A stretch of DNA of 64,000 nucleotides from an uncultured Pseudomonadota bacterium (GCA_963736005.1 CAVTNB010000003.1:384001-448000), one strand, 5' to 3'. Shown: positions 1 to 8,838, counted from the stretch's first letter. A program made the numbers and translations. Notes: generated from the letters alone by a model not told the origin.

Positions 1-452
1 TGATCCGGGATGAGACCGTAGACAGCGCGCTGTTCGGATTGTGGTATTTTGGAATGTTTTCGCCGCGTGACGAACGCATTACGGCCACCGTTGCGGCGAT
101 TCGTGACCGATTATGGCTGCGAACGGACGTGGGCGGCTGCGCGCGCTATGAGAACGACTACTATCAGCGCTATCAGGACTTACCCCCGTCGCTGCCCGGC
201 AATCCCTGGTTTATCTGCACCCTTTGGCTCGCGCAGCACGCGATCGCATGCGCCCAGACCCGTCAGGAACTCGAGGAAGCCAAAGCGCAGATTCTTTGGG
301 CTTGCGACCATGCGCTGCGGAGCGGCATCTTGGCAGAGCAGGCGCATCCACTGACCGGCGCACCGCTCTCGGTCTCGCCGCTCACCTGGAGTCACGCAAC
401 TTTCTGCCTGGCATTTCAAGAATACGTGCGTCGCTGGAATGACGTGGCCTGA
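1..452 (+). CDS. Glycoside hydrolase family 15 (glucoamylase-like), C-terminal part, truncated by window start
   Basis: GGCARYENDYY, GNPWFICTLW, GILAEQ and SPLTWSHA motifs typical of GH15 C-terminus. Confidence 0.85.
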   Translation, partial: IRDETVDSALFGLWYFGMFSPRDERITATVAAIRDRLWLRTDVGGCARYENDYYQRYQDLPPSLPGNPWFICTLWLAQHAIACAQTRQELEEAKAQILWACDHALRSGILAEQAHPLTGAPLSVSPLTWSHATFCLAFQEYVRRWNDVA

Positions 453-455
453 AAA

Positions 456-478
456 CGGACCTAAAGGTCCGCTGCTAC
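456..478 (-). repeat. GTAG-type REP family A (GTAGCAGCGGACCT-TT-AGGTCCG)
   Basis: Palindrome; near-identical copies at 44222, 52600-52686 (x3) and 61309. Confidence 0.85.
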
Positions 479-491
479 ATTCGATCTAGAA

Positions 492-507
492 TCCAATCGC
501 CCCCTAC
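492..507 (-). repeat. REP family C half-copy (GTAGGGGGCGATTGGA); its TAG is the stop of the 504-932 gene
   Basis: Matches left arm of copies at 26203, 42089, 46282. Confidence 0.7.
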
Positions 508-932
508 AGGCGCCTGTAGGTTGGGCCTGACACCATCGGTGCGCTAGGTTGAAAATCCATGAGCACCGACACCACCGTGAGCTCGAACGTTTGAAATTCA
601 TGACCCTTTGAATCCGCATGAGGGCGTGGTGGATCTTGAGATCCGCCAACAGTACCGCGTATGCAATACGCCGCGGCATCGAGCACGTACCAAAGAGCGC
701 CTGTACCCGAGCGCGTCAAATTTGCACCAGTAGTTGAATCGGCGTGCACGGCAAACTCGAGGTGCGACGCGTCTTTGACGCGCAGTTCAGGGGCGCCGAG
801 GACCGCGACGCGAGAGTGTCCATCAGCATCTGTCGTCAACAGCAGTACAGCTTTGGGCGCTCCGCCCGTTGGATGCGCGCCCAGTTCGAACTGAAGCGGC
901 GGCGGTAGTTGCGATCCAATTTCTTGCGACAT
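504..932 (-). CDS. Pyridoxamine 5'-phosphate oxidase-like (FMN-binding split barrel) protein
   Basis: LLTTDADGHSRVA and STTGANL pattern; 142 aa. Confidence 0.55.
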   Translation of the reverse strand: MSQEIGSQLPPPLQFELGAHPTGGAPKAVLLLTTDADGHSRVAVLGAPELRVKDASHLEFAVHADSTTGANLTRSGTGALWYVLDAAAYCIRGTVGGSQDPPRPHADSKGHEFQTFELTVVSVLMDFQPSAPMVSGPTYRRL

Positions 933-944
933 CTCTGACCCCTT

Positions 945-969
945 CGCGCGAATGAATTCGCGCGACTAC
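945..969 (-). repeat. REP family B (GTAGTCGCGCGAAT-nn-ATTCGCGCG)
   Basis: Palindrome recurring at 8814, 13902, 18243, 24194, 34458, 53318, 61286. Confidence 0.85.
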
Positions 970-970
970 T

Positions 971-1177
971 TTAGATTTTTTTGCGAATAAAGCGCTCTAA
1001 CACGTATTGAGCAATTTGCCTCGCCGCTTGCGTCGAGTAGTAGGCGAACTGCCGCGGAGAAGTCGCCGTCTTCCCCATAGCCACGTCGATAATGCCTCGC
1101 GCGAACGTCTCGAGTTCGTCATCTCGTTCGAGTTGATACGGATTCTTTGGTTGCTGGGATTGCGGACCCTCGCTCAT
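971..1177 (-). CDS. Small hypothetical protein (68 aa, MSEGPQSQQPKNPY...)
   Basis: ATGA overlap with stop of upstream MBL hydrolase; fills the gap in a co-directional run. Confidence 0.65.
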   Translation of the reverse strand: MSEGPQSQQPKNPYQLERDDELETFARGIIDVAMGKTATSPRQFAYYSTQAARQIAQYVLERFIRKKI

Positions 1178-1812
1178 GTTTGTTGCACGATGAAGGGGTT
1201 CGAGCGTCGTTCGTTGCCGATCGTTGTTTGCGGACCGTGGCCTGGAATGACGGTGACATTGTCTTCGAAGGCAAGGAGCTTGGAGCGGATGGACTGCATG
1301 ATCTGGGTGAACGAACCACCCCATAAATCCGTTCGTCCTATGCCGCCGGCGAAGAGCGTGTCGCCCGATAAGATGATCGGCTCGCGTTCTTCGATGACAA
1401 AACTGACGCTGCCCGGCGTGTGGCCCGGCGTGTGAACGGCGCGCAGCGCGTGGCGCCCAAATTGCAGAGGTTGGCTTTCGCGAAGATAGCTGTCGACGTC
1501 CGCCGTTGTAGGCGTGGGAACGCCAAGCCACGCCGCTTGCTCGGCGATGTTTTTGTAAAGAGGTATGTCGGCCTCGTGCATCATGATCGGCGCGCCGGTC
1601 CGCTCCTTGAGATCGGCAAGTGCTGCAACGTGATCGATATGTGCATGCGTTGCGACAATCGCGGCGAGCTTTAGATCGTGCTTGCGCAGGGCTTGATAGA
1701 TGTTTTCCACGTCACCCCCCGGATCCACCACAATCCCTGTTTTTGTCGCTTCATCGCCCAGAATGATGCAGTTGCAGGCTATCGGACCGACGGGGAAATA
1801 TCGCAAAATCAT
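1174..1812 (-). CDS. MBL-fold metallo-hydrolase (glyoxalase II/YcbL-like)
   Basis: THAHIDH, HTPGHTPG, GDTLF, PGHG motifs; start placed at ATG 1812. Confidence 0.9.
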   Translation of the reverse strand: MILRYFPVGPIACNCIILGDEATKTGIVVDPGGDVENIYQALRKHDLKLAAIVATHAHIDHVAALADLKERTGAPIMMHEADIPLYKNIAEQAAWLGVPTPTTADVDSYLRESQPLQFGRHALRAVHTPGHTPGSVSFVIEEREPIILSGDTLFAGGIGRTDLWGGSFTQIMQSIRSKLLAFEDNVTVIPGHGPQTTIGNERRSNPFIVQQT

Positions 1813-1915
1813 ATGCGGCTGCAAGCTTAGTGCGCGTTGCAAAGCCACCCTGCCCGCGGGCTCGGAGGTTTGCGGGTACGGCCCTGTCAAAACGCACATT
1901 GTTTTGGACGCTCAC

Positions 1916-3013
1916 ATGATACGCACGGTTGCAAGCGGCCTCGATCGCAAGCTTTTGGATTTCATCTCTAGTCCGGATGCCGGCGAGGCCGAATTCGAGC
2001 AGCTGGCGCTGGAGCTGTTTGCCTACCAGTACTCGGCAAATCAACCATATCGCAATCTGTGCGATCAACGCAACCGCACGCCGGAGCTCGTTCGCCGCTG
2101 GACCCACATTCCCGCGCTCTCAGCAGCGTCCTTCGCCGACGCTCGCATCGCTTGCTTTCCGCCCGAGCGCGCGCGCTTGCGTTTCGTTTCCAGCGGCACA
2201 ACGAGCGAGGGAGAGCGAGCGTCGGTGCACGAGCTTGAGAACGCCGTGCTGTACGATGCTTCGCTTGCGAATCATTTCCGGCGATGCGTTCTGCCAGATC
2301 GCGAAAAGATCGAGATGCTGCTGCTCTCCCCTTCCTTTGAAGACGCGCCTCAGTCGTCGCTTGCCTACATGCTTTCCCGCCTCTACGAACGATACGCAAG
2401 CGGCGGTGACTTCTTCGTTCGGCACGGCAGTCTCGACTCGCAGGGGATCGCCAGCACGTTGCGCTCGGCTCGCGAGCCCGTGCTCCTTTTCGGCACGGCA
2501 TTTGCCTTCGTTCATTTCTTCGACTATTGCGACGCCGCTCGCCTCAAGTTCCAGGTTCCCCCGGGTAGTCGCATCGTCGAAACAGGCGGCTTCAAGGGAA
2601 AATCTCGATCGATCGAACGAGATGAATTTCATCGGGTACTCTCGTCGACATTTGGCATTTCGCCAGAGTGGTGCATTTCCGAGTACGGCATGTGCGAGCT
2701 CGGCAGTCAATGGTATGACGCGAGTCTGAGCGACAAGCTCGCGGGTCGTCCGCCGCGCCTGGCGTTCAAAGTCGGGCCCCATTGGACTCGGCACCTGGTC
2801 GTCGATCCTGTTAGCGCGGAGCCGCTGCCCGAAGGCTCCGTAGGATTGCTCCAAGTATTCGATTTGAGCAATCGAGGATCGGTGGCAGCAGTGCTCACAG
2901 GCGATCTGGTCAGGGGCGAAGGCGAGGGCTTTACGTACGTAAGCCGCTCGCAGGCCGCTCCGCCAAAGGGTTGCAGCATCACCGTCGATTCGATGCTTCG
3001 GTCTCATGCCTAA
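1916..3013 (+). CDS. LuxE-like acyl-protein synthetase / acyl ligase
   Basis: F-SSGTT, ETGGFKG, SEYGMCEL-SQ, DLSN, terminal KGCS motif; start placed at ATG 1916. Confidence 0.85.
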   Translation: MIRTVASGLDRKLLDFISSPDAGEAEFEQLALELFAYQYSANQPYRNLCDQRNRTPELVRRWTHIPALSAASFADARIACFPPERARLRFVSSGTTSEGERASVHELENAVLYDASLANHFRRCVLPDREKIEMLLLSPSFEDAPQSSLAYMLSRLYERYASGGDFFVRHGSLDSQGIASTLRSAREPVLLFGTAFAFVHFFDYCDAARLKFQVPPGSRIVETGGFKGKSRSIERDEFHRVLSSTFGISPEWCISEYGMCELGSQWYDASLSDKLAGRPPRLAFKVGPHWTRHLVVDPVSAEPLPEGSVGLLQVFDLSNRGSVAAVLTGDLVRGEGEGFTYVSRSQAAPPKGCSITVDSMLRSHA

Positions 3014-4211
3014 CGCCCAACCAATTGCCAGTGCCCGCACAACGGCGCTGTTGGCAGGAGCGGCGCAATGGCGCCATCGGAATTCCCACGTCCGCATCGC
3101 AGCGCGCGAAGCGCTGCGCGACGGGGAGTGGCCTGCCCAAGTCGTCGAGCTGGCACTCGACAACGTCCTGCTCGATGACCAAGTGCTGAGCGAATACGGC
3201 AGCGGACCTGGCAGCAGCGGACTCTGTAGCAGTGGACCTGTAGTGGGCGACTGTCAAGTCGCCCGCCGAAACTCAATGCTTGCCATCCTCCCAGGCAACG
3301 TCTTGGGCCCGGCGATTGCCACGGCATATTGCGCCGCCGCGGCGGGCGCGACCATCATGCTCAAGTCTTCGAGCCGAGAACTGTGCCTTGCGAATATCGT
3401 CGCAGAACAATTCGAATCGCTCGGTCCGCCAATCGCAGGCACGCTGAAGGCGCTGCGATGGACCGGAGGTGACGAGGATTTCGAATCTAAGATTTTTCCG
3501 CTAGCTTCCCGGATTATCGTTTTTGGCGACGACGCAACAATCGCCGACGTCAAGCGTCGTGCCCCCAGCAACGTCACCGTTGTGGGGTACGGCAGCGCCT
3601 ACAGCCTCGGCTACGTTCCGGCCGGCAGCGACATGGCTGCTGCTGCCAAGGCCGCCGCAACGGACGTCGCATTGTTCGATCAGCGTGGATGCCTCTCACC
3701 GCAAACGATCTATGTCGAGGGCGACGATTCAAAGGCGATCCTGTTCGCGCATGCGTTGAGCGGCGCTCTGGCCCGGGTTGGCCGTGCTCTTCCGCGTGGG
3801 CAGGCGGGCGGCGCCGAAAAGGCGGCGGTCGCGGAGTTCATACGGCGGCTCATGGTGAGAGCACTCGCTCCCAAGACGCATGCTCTCGACACGGTGATCG
3901 TCGGACCCGATATTGATGGAATCCCCGAATTTGTCGTTGGTGCTGAAGCGTTCTCCGCGCCGACGTGCGCCGGATTCGGAAGAATCGTGGTGGTGAAGCC
4001 GGTCCACAGCCCCTCCGACGCTGCTGGAGCTGCAAAGACCTTGGGTCATCGTCTGGACTCGATCGGCGTCGCTTCGGCGTTGAGCCCGCAACTCCGCGGC
4101 GCATTCGCCAACTGCGGTGCGTCCCGCCTTTGCTCGCTGGGAGAGATGCAGCGTCCGCCACTTGGCTATCGCCCGAAGATATCGGACTTCGCGCTCGAGG
4201 ACTCCGAATGA
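3006..4211 (+). CDS. LuxC-like acyl-CoA reductase
   Basis: PGNV, KSSS, FGDD-TI, DVALFDQRGCLSPQ catalytic-Cys motif, GEMQ-P; overlaps luxE-like stop. Confidence 0.85.
   Translation: MPNAQPIASARTTALLAGAAQWRHRNSHVRIAAREALRDGEWPAQVVELALDNVLLDDQVLSEYGSGPGSSGLCSSGPVVGDCQVARRNSMLAILPGNVLGPAIATAYCAAAAGATIMLKSSSRELCLANIVAEQFESLGPPIAGTLKALRWTGGDEDFESKIFPLASRIIVFGDDATIADVKRRAPSNVTVVGYGSAYSLGYVPAGSDMAAAAKAAATDVALFDQRGCLSPQTIYVEGDDSKAILFAHALSGALARVGRALPRGQAGGAEKAAVAEFIRRLMVRALAPKTHALDTVIVGPDIDGIPEFVVGAEAFSAPTCAGFGRIVVVKPVHSPSDAAGAAKTLGHRLDSIGVASALSPQLRGAFANCGASRLCSLGEMQRPPLGYRPKISDFALEDSE
3198..3264 (+). repeat. REP-derived segment inside luxC-like CDS (three family-A half-sites plus one full family-D REP)
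   Basis: GGCAGCGGACCT, GGCAGCAGCGGACTCT, GTAGCAGTGGACCT, GTAGTGGGCGACTGTCAAGTCGCCC; the last matches 42066-42085 and 49074-49098. Confidence 0.75.
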
Positions 4212-5572
4212 GCGCTCGAACGTTCGGAACGCAACCGGGCAAGATCAAAGTCAAGCCGCCAGGTCCAAAGAGTCGGCGTCTGACCGTGGAGCTGCGTCGC
4301 TACGAAAGCCGCAACGTCACCTTCGTTAACAAAGACTTTCCTATCTTTTTCTCCCAAGCAGCCGGTGCGAATGTCGTTGACGTTGACGAGAACGTTTACG
4401 TGGACCTCACCGGCTTTTTTGGCGTGGCGGCGACAGGCCACAGCAACGAGCGCGTGGCCGACGCGATTGGGAACCAAGCTCATCGCTTGCTCCATGGCAT
4501 GGGCGATGTGTATCCGACGGAGAGCAAAGTTGCGCTGGCGCGCGAGCTGTGCAAACTGACGCCGGGCAAAGGGAACAAGCGGGTCATCTTTGCCTCAACC
4601 GGGGCTGAGGCAGTTGAATCCGCGTTGAAGACAGCGGCGATTGCCACCGGCAAGCCCGGTGTCTTGTGTTTCACGGGTGCGTACCACGGCCTCACCTACG
4701 GGGCGCTTTCGGTTACGGACCGGGATTTGTTCCGCGCTCCGTTCTCCGATCAGCTCGGCCATTTCAGCCACAGAGTGGACTTTCCGTATTGTTACCGCTG
4801 CCCGCTGGGGCTCCGGTATCCATCGTGTAAGGTTGCGTGCCTTGACTTCGTTCGCAGCGCGCTCGAAAGGTTGGGCCCTTCTGAGATCGGAGCGGTCATC
4901 GTTGAGCCCATGCAAGGGCGGGGTGGGGAGATTCCTGCGCCGGACCAATGGCTACAAGAGCTGCGAACGTTCTGCGACGAGCAAGGCCTGCTGCTCATCT
5001 GCGACGAGATTTTCTCCGGGTTTGGACGTACCGGACGCTGGTTTGCCTGCGAACACGCCGGTATCGTGCCGGACATCATCTGTGTCGGCAAAGGCCTCTC
5101 ATCTGGATTTCCGATCTCCGCCTGCATCGGTAAGGCGGAGATCATGGATCGTTGGCCCGCATCGGAAGGCGAGGCAATACACACGAGCACGTTCCTCGGG
5201 CATCCTACCGGCTGCATGGCGGCGCTCGCGTCGATTGCAGAAGTGCAAGAACACAGACTCGTTGCACGAGCAGCAAAACTCGAGGGATCCGTGCGCGAGA
5301 TGCTTGTGAAGCTACAGAAAGAAAGCAAGGGGAAAATTGGCGATGTGCGCGGGCTCGGGCTCATGTGGGGGCTCGAGTGCATCAAGCGCGATGGCTCGCC
5401 CGATAAGGATCTCGCCCTCCACGTCCTGCGGGATGCGATGCAGCAGGGTGTGCTTATCTTGACCAGCGGACCTCAGGGCAACGTTCTGTCAATAACCCCT
5501 CCGCTTGTCATCACGACGGATCAGCTCGCGTTTGCGATCGACATCCTTGCAAATGCAATCAAAAAGGCCTGA
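4208..5572 (+). CDS. Class III PLP-dependent aminotransferase (GabT/ArgD family)
   Basis: GAEAVE-ALK, YHG, EPMQG-GG, DEI-SGFGRTG, GKGL; ATGA-coupled to luxC-like gene. Confidence 0.92.
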   Translation: MSARTFGTQPGKIKVKPPGPKSRRLTVELRRYESRNVTFVNKDFPIFFSQAAGANVVDVDENVYVDLTGFFGVAATGHSNERVADAIGNQAHRLLHGMGDVYPTESKVALARELCKLTPGKGNKRVIFASTGAEAVESALKTAAIATGKPGVLCFTGAYHGLTYGALSVTDRDLFRAPFSDQLGHFSHRVDFPYCYRCPLGLRYPSCKVACLDFVRSALERLGPSEIGAVIVEPMQGRGGEIPAPDQWLQELRTFCDEQGLLLICDEIFSGFGRTGRWFACEHAGIVPDIICVGKGLSSGFPISACIGKAEIMDRWPASEGEAIHTSTFLGHPTGCMAALASIAEVQEHRLVARAAKLEGSVREMLVKLQKESKGKIGDVRGLGLMWGLECIKRDGSPDKDLALHVLRDAMQQGVLILTSGPQGNVLSITPPLVITTDQLAFAIDILANAIKKA

Positions 5573-5582
5573 GCACTCAGCG

Positions 5583-5611
5583 TTATCCACAACAATCAAA
5601 TGCTATCCACA
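5583..5611 (+). promoter_or_regulatory. Two tandem DnaA boxes
   Basis: TTATCCACA at 5583-5591 (perfect) and CTATCCACA at 5603-5611 (1 mismatch), same orientation, 20 bp apart. Confidence 0.65.
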
Positions 5612-5641
5612 ATTTTCTTTCAAAAGCGAACAACCGTTCAC

Positions 5642-5670
5642 TTGCACAATGGGAGTGCATTGAGTATACT
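5642..5670 (+). promoter_or_regulatory. Sigma70-type promoter
   Basis: -35 TTGCAC (5642-5647), 17-bp spacer, -10 TATACT (5665-5670) in a locally AT-rich tract. Confidence 0.75.
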
Positions 5671-5676
5671 GCCACT

Positions 5677-5927
5677 ACACCGACCGCGGTGCCGAGTGAA
5701 GTCAGCAACAACGGATGCCACGATTCGAAGCGTGGAGAGCTGAAGTCCTCGGAGATGGTACCCCTACCGTTGGGGACCCGGCTCACGCTGGGGGATGGCT
5801 CTGGGGATCGCGTCCCAGTTAAGCCCTACAACCGAACCTACTGACTAGAGAGTAAGGATCGGAAGGTACGGCGAAAATGTCATCGACCTAACAGTCAACG
5901 ACCGAGCTCCGCTCGGTCGTTACTGTT
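5677..5927 (+). ncRNA. Putative structured non-coding RNA, family not recognised
   Basis: Lies between a promoter and a long hairpin in the gap between convergent genes; no credible ORF; several helices can be drawn by eye (see findings). Confidence 0.7.
5890..5927. terminator. Long hairpin, probable bidirectional terminator
   Basis: AACAGT-C-AACGACCGAGC-TCC-GCTCGGTCGTT-ACTGTT inverted repeat between convergent units; weak U-tract. Confidence 0.65.
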
Positions 5928-5939
5928 GTGGGGGTCCTT

Positions 5940-7391
5940 TTAGCGTGAATCTACCCGGAACGTCAGTGTTGCCTGGCGTCCGGCCGCCACCGGAATCATC
6001 CACACAACCGTTGAGCTCGAGGTCTTTTGGTGGGGCAGCGTCTCACTTGCGATCTGCCACAGGCCGCTGAGCTGCTCCTCATAGCGCAACACGATCGGCT
6101 TACTTTTGGCATTGCTGACCGTCACGCGATAGTCGGTGACATATTCAGTTCTATTGTAGGGATGTGGGATCTCTTGGTAATTCGTTTGAACGCGGCTCAC
6201 GTGAACGTCAAATGATGGACCGAGGTCGAGCTGCACGTGCGCTTTGCGGGGCGTGTTGTCAATGGCATTTTCGCCGATGAAGACTGGTTCGCCGGACTCA
6301 TCGTTTTTGTACATATGAAAGACCCCACTGGGTAGGGGCACGCCGAGCCCGTGTCCATCGTTGTCAAATTCAAGCGTCACCTCAACCGGGACCGCTTGCT
6401 CCGAGCCCTGGCTTTGAAAGTCGTTGGCGCTTACCGATGATGAGAAGACCTGTTGCACGGGGACCTCGCGAGCAAAAAGCAAGAGGGTTTGCTTGGTCTC
6501 ACCGGTTCGCAGCGAGGTCCGCCGGGGCAGACTGTATTCGTAAAATTCAAAGACCGCCTGGCGTGTGGCACGATTGGTGTTAGCTGCGTAGACGTCAGCG
6601 GCGGCCTGCGCGCGCACCGCACCAAGCATTTTCACTTCACCTGGCTGCGCGCGCTGCACGCTCCCGGCGACGAGCCGAACGGTTGCATCGTCAAAGTCCA
6701 TGCCGCTGTCGTTGTGCAAAGTGATGAAGGCGTCGATGTCGAGATGGTCGCCTCCGGCGTTGAGCCTGGCCACATAGTCGGCGGCCCAAGACAGGCCACT
6801 TGTGAGGTACCCGAGGGCGATGGGTCGTTGTGCGGCGGTTGGACTTTCAAAATCAGCCAAGAAATCGGGCGTCAGTCGAATGATTGGCAGCGTCGCATAC
6901 ACGATGCGGGAATTGGGCGGCAAGCTCGTTTCGAAGCGATCCTTGAACTTGAGGATCGGGCCGCTCGCACTGATCACCACCGCCGTCTCTTTTGTCTCCT
7001 TCCCCGTCATTGGTTCGTCGTGGATAACGGTCACCGTGTGGCCGACAGCTCGCGCAAAAATCGCGTCTGGCGAAAGAACAGCGGTTTCAAAATTCTGCTC
7101 CTGCACAAGGATCGGCACCTGGGTGCCGAGATCCGAAAGAAAGGCTGTCTCTGGTGACATCTGCGGTGAGACGTCGTCAAAAACGATTCGATTCTCGCCC
7201 CGCTCGACATTGAGGAGCCTGACATCCCGAACAAGTGCGAAGTCCCCGTAGACGGTGACCGTCAGGGATTGACGTTGCGCTGCGCTCGTGTGGCGTTCGG
7301 GAATCACAGCGAGCGCGCGCGGTGCATTGACAAGCGACGCTACCATCGCGCTCATAATCGAGAGGAGCACAAACACCGCTGTCCTCTTCAT
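5940..7391 (-). CDS. Secreted DUF4139/DUF4140-domain protein
   Basis: Signal peptide after GAGGAGG RBS; VTVY-FALVRDVR, YLTSGLSWAADY, GVPLPSG patterns. Confidence 0.8.
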   Translation of the reverse strand: MKRTAVFVLLSIMSAMVASLVNAPRALAVIPERHTSAAQRQSLTVTVYGDFALVRDVRLLNVERGENRIVFDDVSPQMSPETAFLSDLGTQVPILVQEQNFETAVLSPDAIFARAVGHTVTVIHDEPMTGKETKETAVVISASGPILKFKDRFETSLPPNSRIVYATLPIIRLTPDFLADFESPTAAQRPIALGYLTSGLSWAADYVARLNAGGDHLDIDAFITLHNDSGMDFDDATVRLVAGSVQRAQPGEVKMLGAVRAQAAADVYAANTNRATRQAVFEFYEYSLPRRTSLRTGETKQTLLLFAREVPVQQVFSSSVSANDFQSQGSEQAVPVEVTLEFDNDGHGLGVPLPSGVFHMYKNDESGEPVFIGENAIDNTPRKAHVQLDLGPSFDVHVSRVQTNYQEIPHPYNRTEYVTDYRVTVSNAKSKPIVLRYEEQLSGLWQIASETLPHQKTSSSTVVWMIPVAAGRQATLTFRVDSR

Positions 7392-7539
7392 ACAAAATCC
7401 TCCTCGGCCAATACGCAGGCGAAGGGCTGTCAAATGACGAGCTTCGCGGCTCCCTTGGGCCGTCCTTGGTCGTCGCTCGGTGCTCTTTTCGTCGAACCCG
7501 TGGCACGGAACTTGTCGTATCCGCGACAAACAATCGCGC

Positions 7540-8808
7540 GTGGCGACGACGACAGAACAAAACCCATCGCAAGAGAGCGAATCGCCGCCGGGGGCGCAGC
7601 GCTGGGGCGCGCTGGCGTACCGAGAGTACCGGCTGCTGTGGATCGGGCTCATCATCTCCAACACCGGCAGTTGGATGGCTACTTTAGCTCAAGGATGGCT
7701 TGTCGTTGAATTGGCGCCGCGCCCGGCCTTGGCGCCGTTTTACCTTGGCATCATCGGCTTCACCCGCGCCATCCCCGCTCTGTTGCTGTCCGGAGTGGCG
7801 GGCACGATCGCCGACCGAGTCGACCGGCGACGCCTCTTAATCGTCAGTCAGGTCGTCCTTGGACTCGCTGCCCTCGCGCTGGCCATTTTGGCACAGACGC
7901 GTACGGTACAAATATGGCAGGTCATCCTGCTCGCCGGCTTGTCCGCGTGTGCGCTCACCTTTGACGCGCCCACGAGGCAATCGATGGTGCCCCTTCTTGT
8001 TGGACCACGCGAGCTGATGAATGCGATCGGACTCAACTCCGCCGCCTTTAATGGACCGGGCATCATCGGCCCAGCCATCGGCGGAATTTTGGTGAGTACC
8101 GTGGGCGTCAGCGCCACATTCTATCTCAACGCACTTTCATATGTCGCGGTTATTTTTGCGCTCTTGCTCATGACTCCCAAGCCGCCCGTACAGGTTGCCA
8201 AGCGATTGGGTCTGTGGGAAGAACTCGTCGATGGGTTGCGTTACGTGCGCGGGCAGCCTGCAATTCTTGCGCTCTTCTTGCTCGCGCTGCTCGTCTCAAT
8301 TGTGGGGCGGCCTTACATACAGCTGCTGCCCGCTTTTGTGAAAGCGACGATTCAGGGTGGGCCGGATACCCTCGGTGTGCTCATGGCGGGATCCGGGGTT
8401 GGCGCGTTGGCAGGTTCGATTGCCGTCGCATTCATCGGAACTCGCCATCACCGAGGACGGATCGCGACTGCTTGTGCGACGCTCGCGGGGGTGGCGCTCT
8501 TTGGATTCTCGCTGACGAAGACGACGCTGATCGCAGCAAGCGTGCTCGTTGCGCTCGGAGCAAGCATCAATCTGTTTATGGGCATGACCAACACCTTGCT
8601 GCAGCTTCACACCGCCCTTGAAATGCGCGGTCGCGTGATGGCGCTCTACACGATGATCTTTTTGGGCTTCATGCCCTTGGGCTCGTGGCTGCTTGGCTCG
8701 ATCGCGACGCTGACGACCTTGCCGCTGACCCTGGCGGCTGCCGGCATTCTCGTTGCGCTAGCCGGGCTCGCGGTGAGTCGCCTTCCGGGCCCTCGCGACC
8801 TGGCATAA
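7540..8808 (+). CDS. MFS transporter (MFS_3/EntS-like)
   Basis: About 12 hydrophobic segments, GTIADRVDRRRLL motif A, MRGRVMA; start uncertain. Confidence 0.88.
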   Translation: MATTTEQNPSQESESPPGAQRWGALAYREYRLLWIGLIISNTGSWMATLAQGWLVVELAPRPALAPFYLGIIGFTRAIPALLLSGVAGTIADRVDRRRLLIVSQVVLGLAALALAILAQTRTVQIWQVILLAGLSACALTFDAPTRQSMVPLLVGPRELMNAIGLNSAAFNGPGIIGPAIGGILVSTVGVSATFYLNALSYVAVIFALLLMTPKPPVQVAKRLGLWEELVDGLRYVRGQPAILALFLLALLVSIVGRPYIQLLPAFVKATIQGGPDTLGVLMAGSGVGALAGSIAVAFIGTRHHRGRIATACATLAGVALFGFSLTKTTLIAASVLVALGASINLFMGMTNTLLQLHTALEMRGRVMALYTMIFLGFMPLGSWLLGSIATLTTLPLTLAAAGILVALAGLAVSRLPGPRDLA

Positions 8809-8813
8809 CCGAA

Positions 8814-8838
8814 CGCGCGAATAAATTCGCGCGACTAC
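8814..8838 (-). repeat. REP family B; its TAG is the stop codon of the E2 gene
   Basis: cgcgcgaataaattcgcgcgactac overlaps stop at 8835-8837. Confidence 0.85.

Noticed and set aside
1916..4211. Bioluminescence operon
   Set aside because: No luxA/luxB/luxD in the window.
5583..5640. Replication origin oriC
   Set aside because: Only two DnaA boxes and no dnaA/dnaN/gidA-type context.
5735..5870. c-di-AMP (ydaO) riboswitch or SRP RNA identity for the ncRNA
   Set aside because: Only superficial matches (GCTGAA-TCC, GGGGACCC, CCGAACC; AGG-ATC-GGAA-GGT). The CAGCTAAC and CAGG/AGCA cores are missing and no same-strand gene follows. An Rfam scan is still needed.
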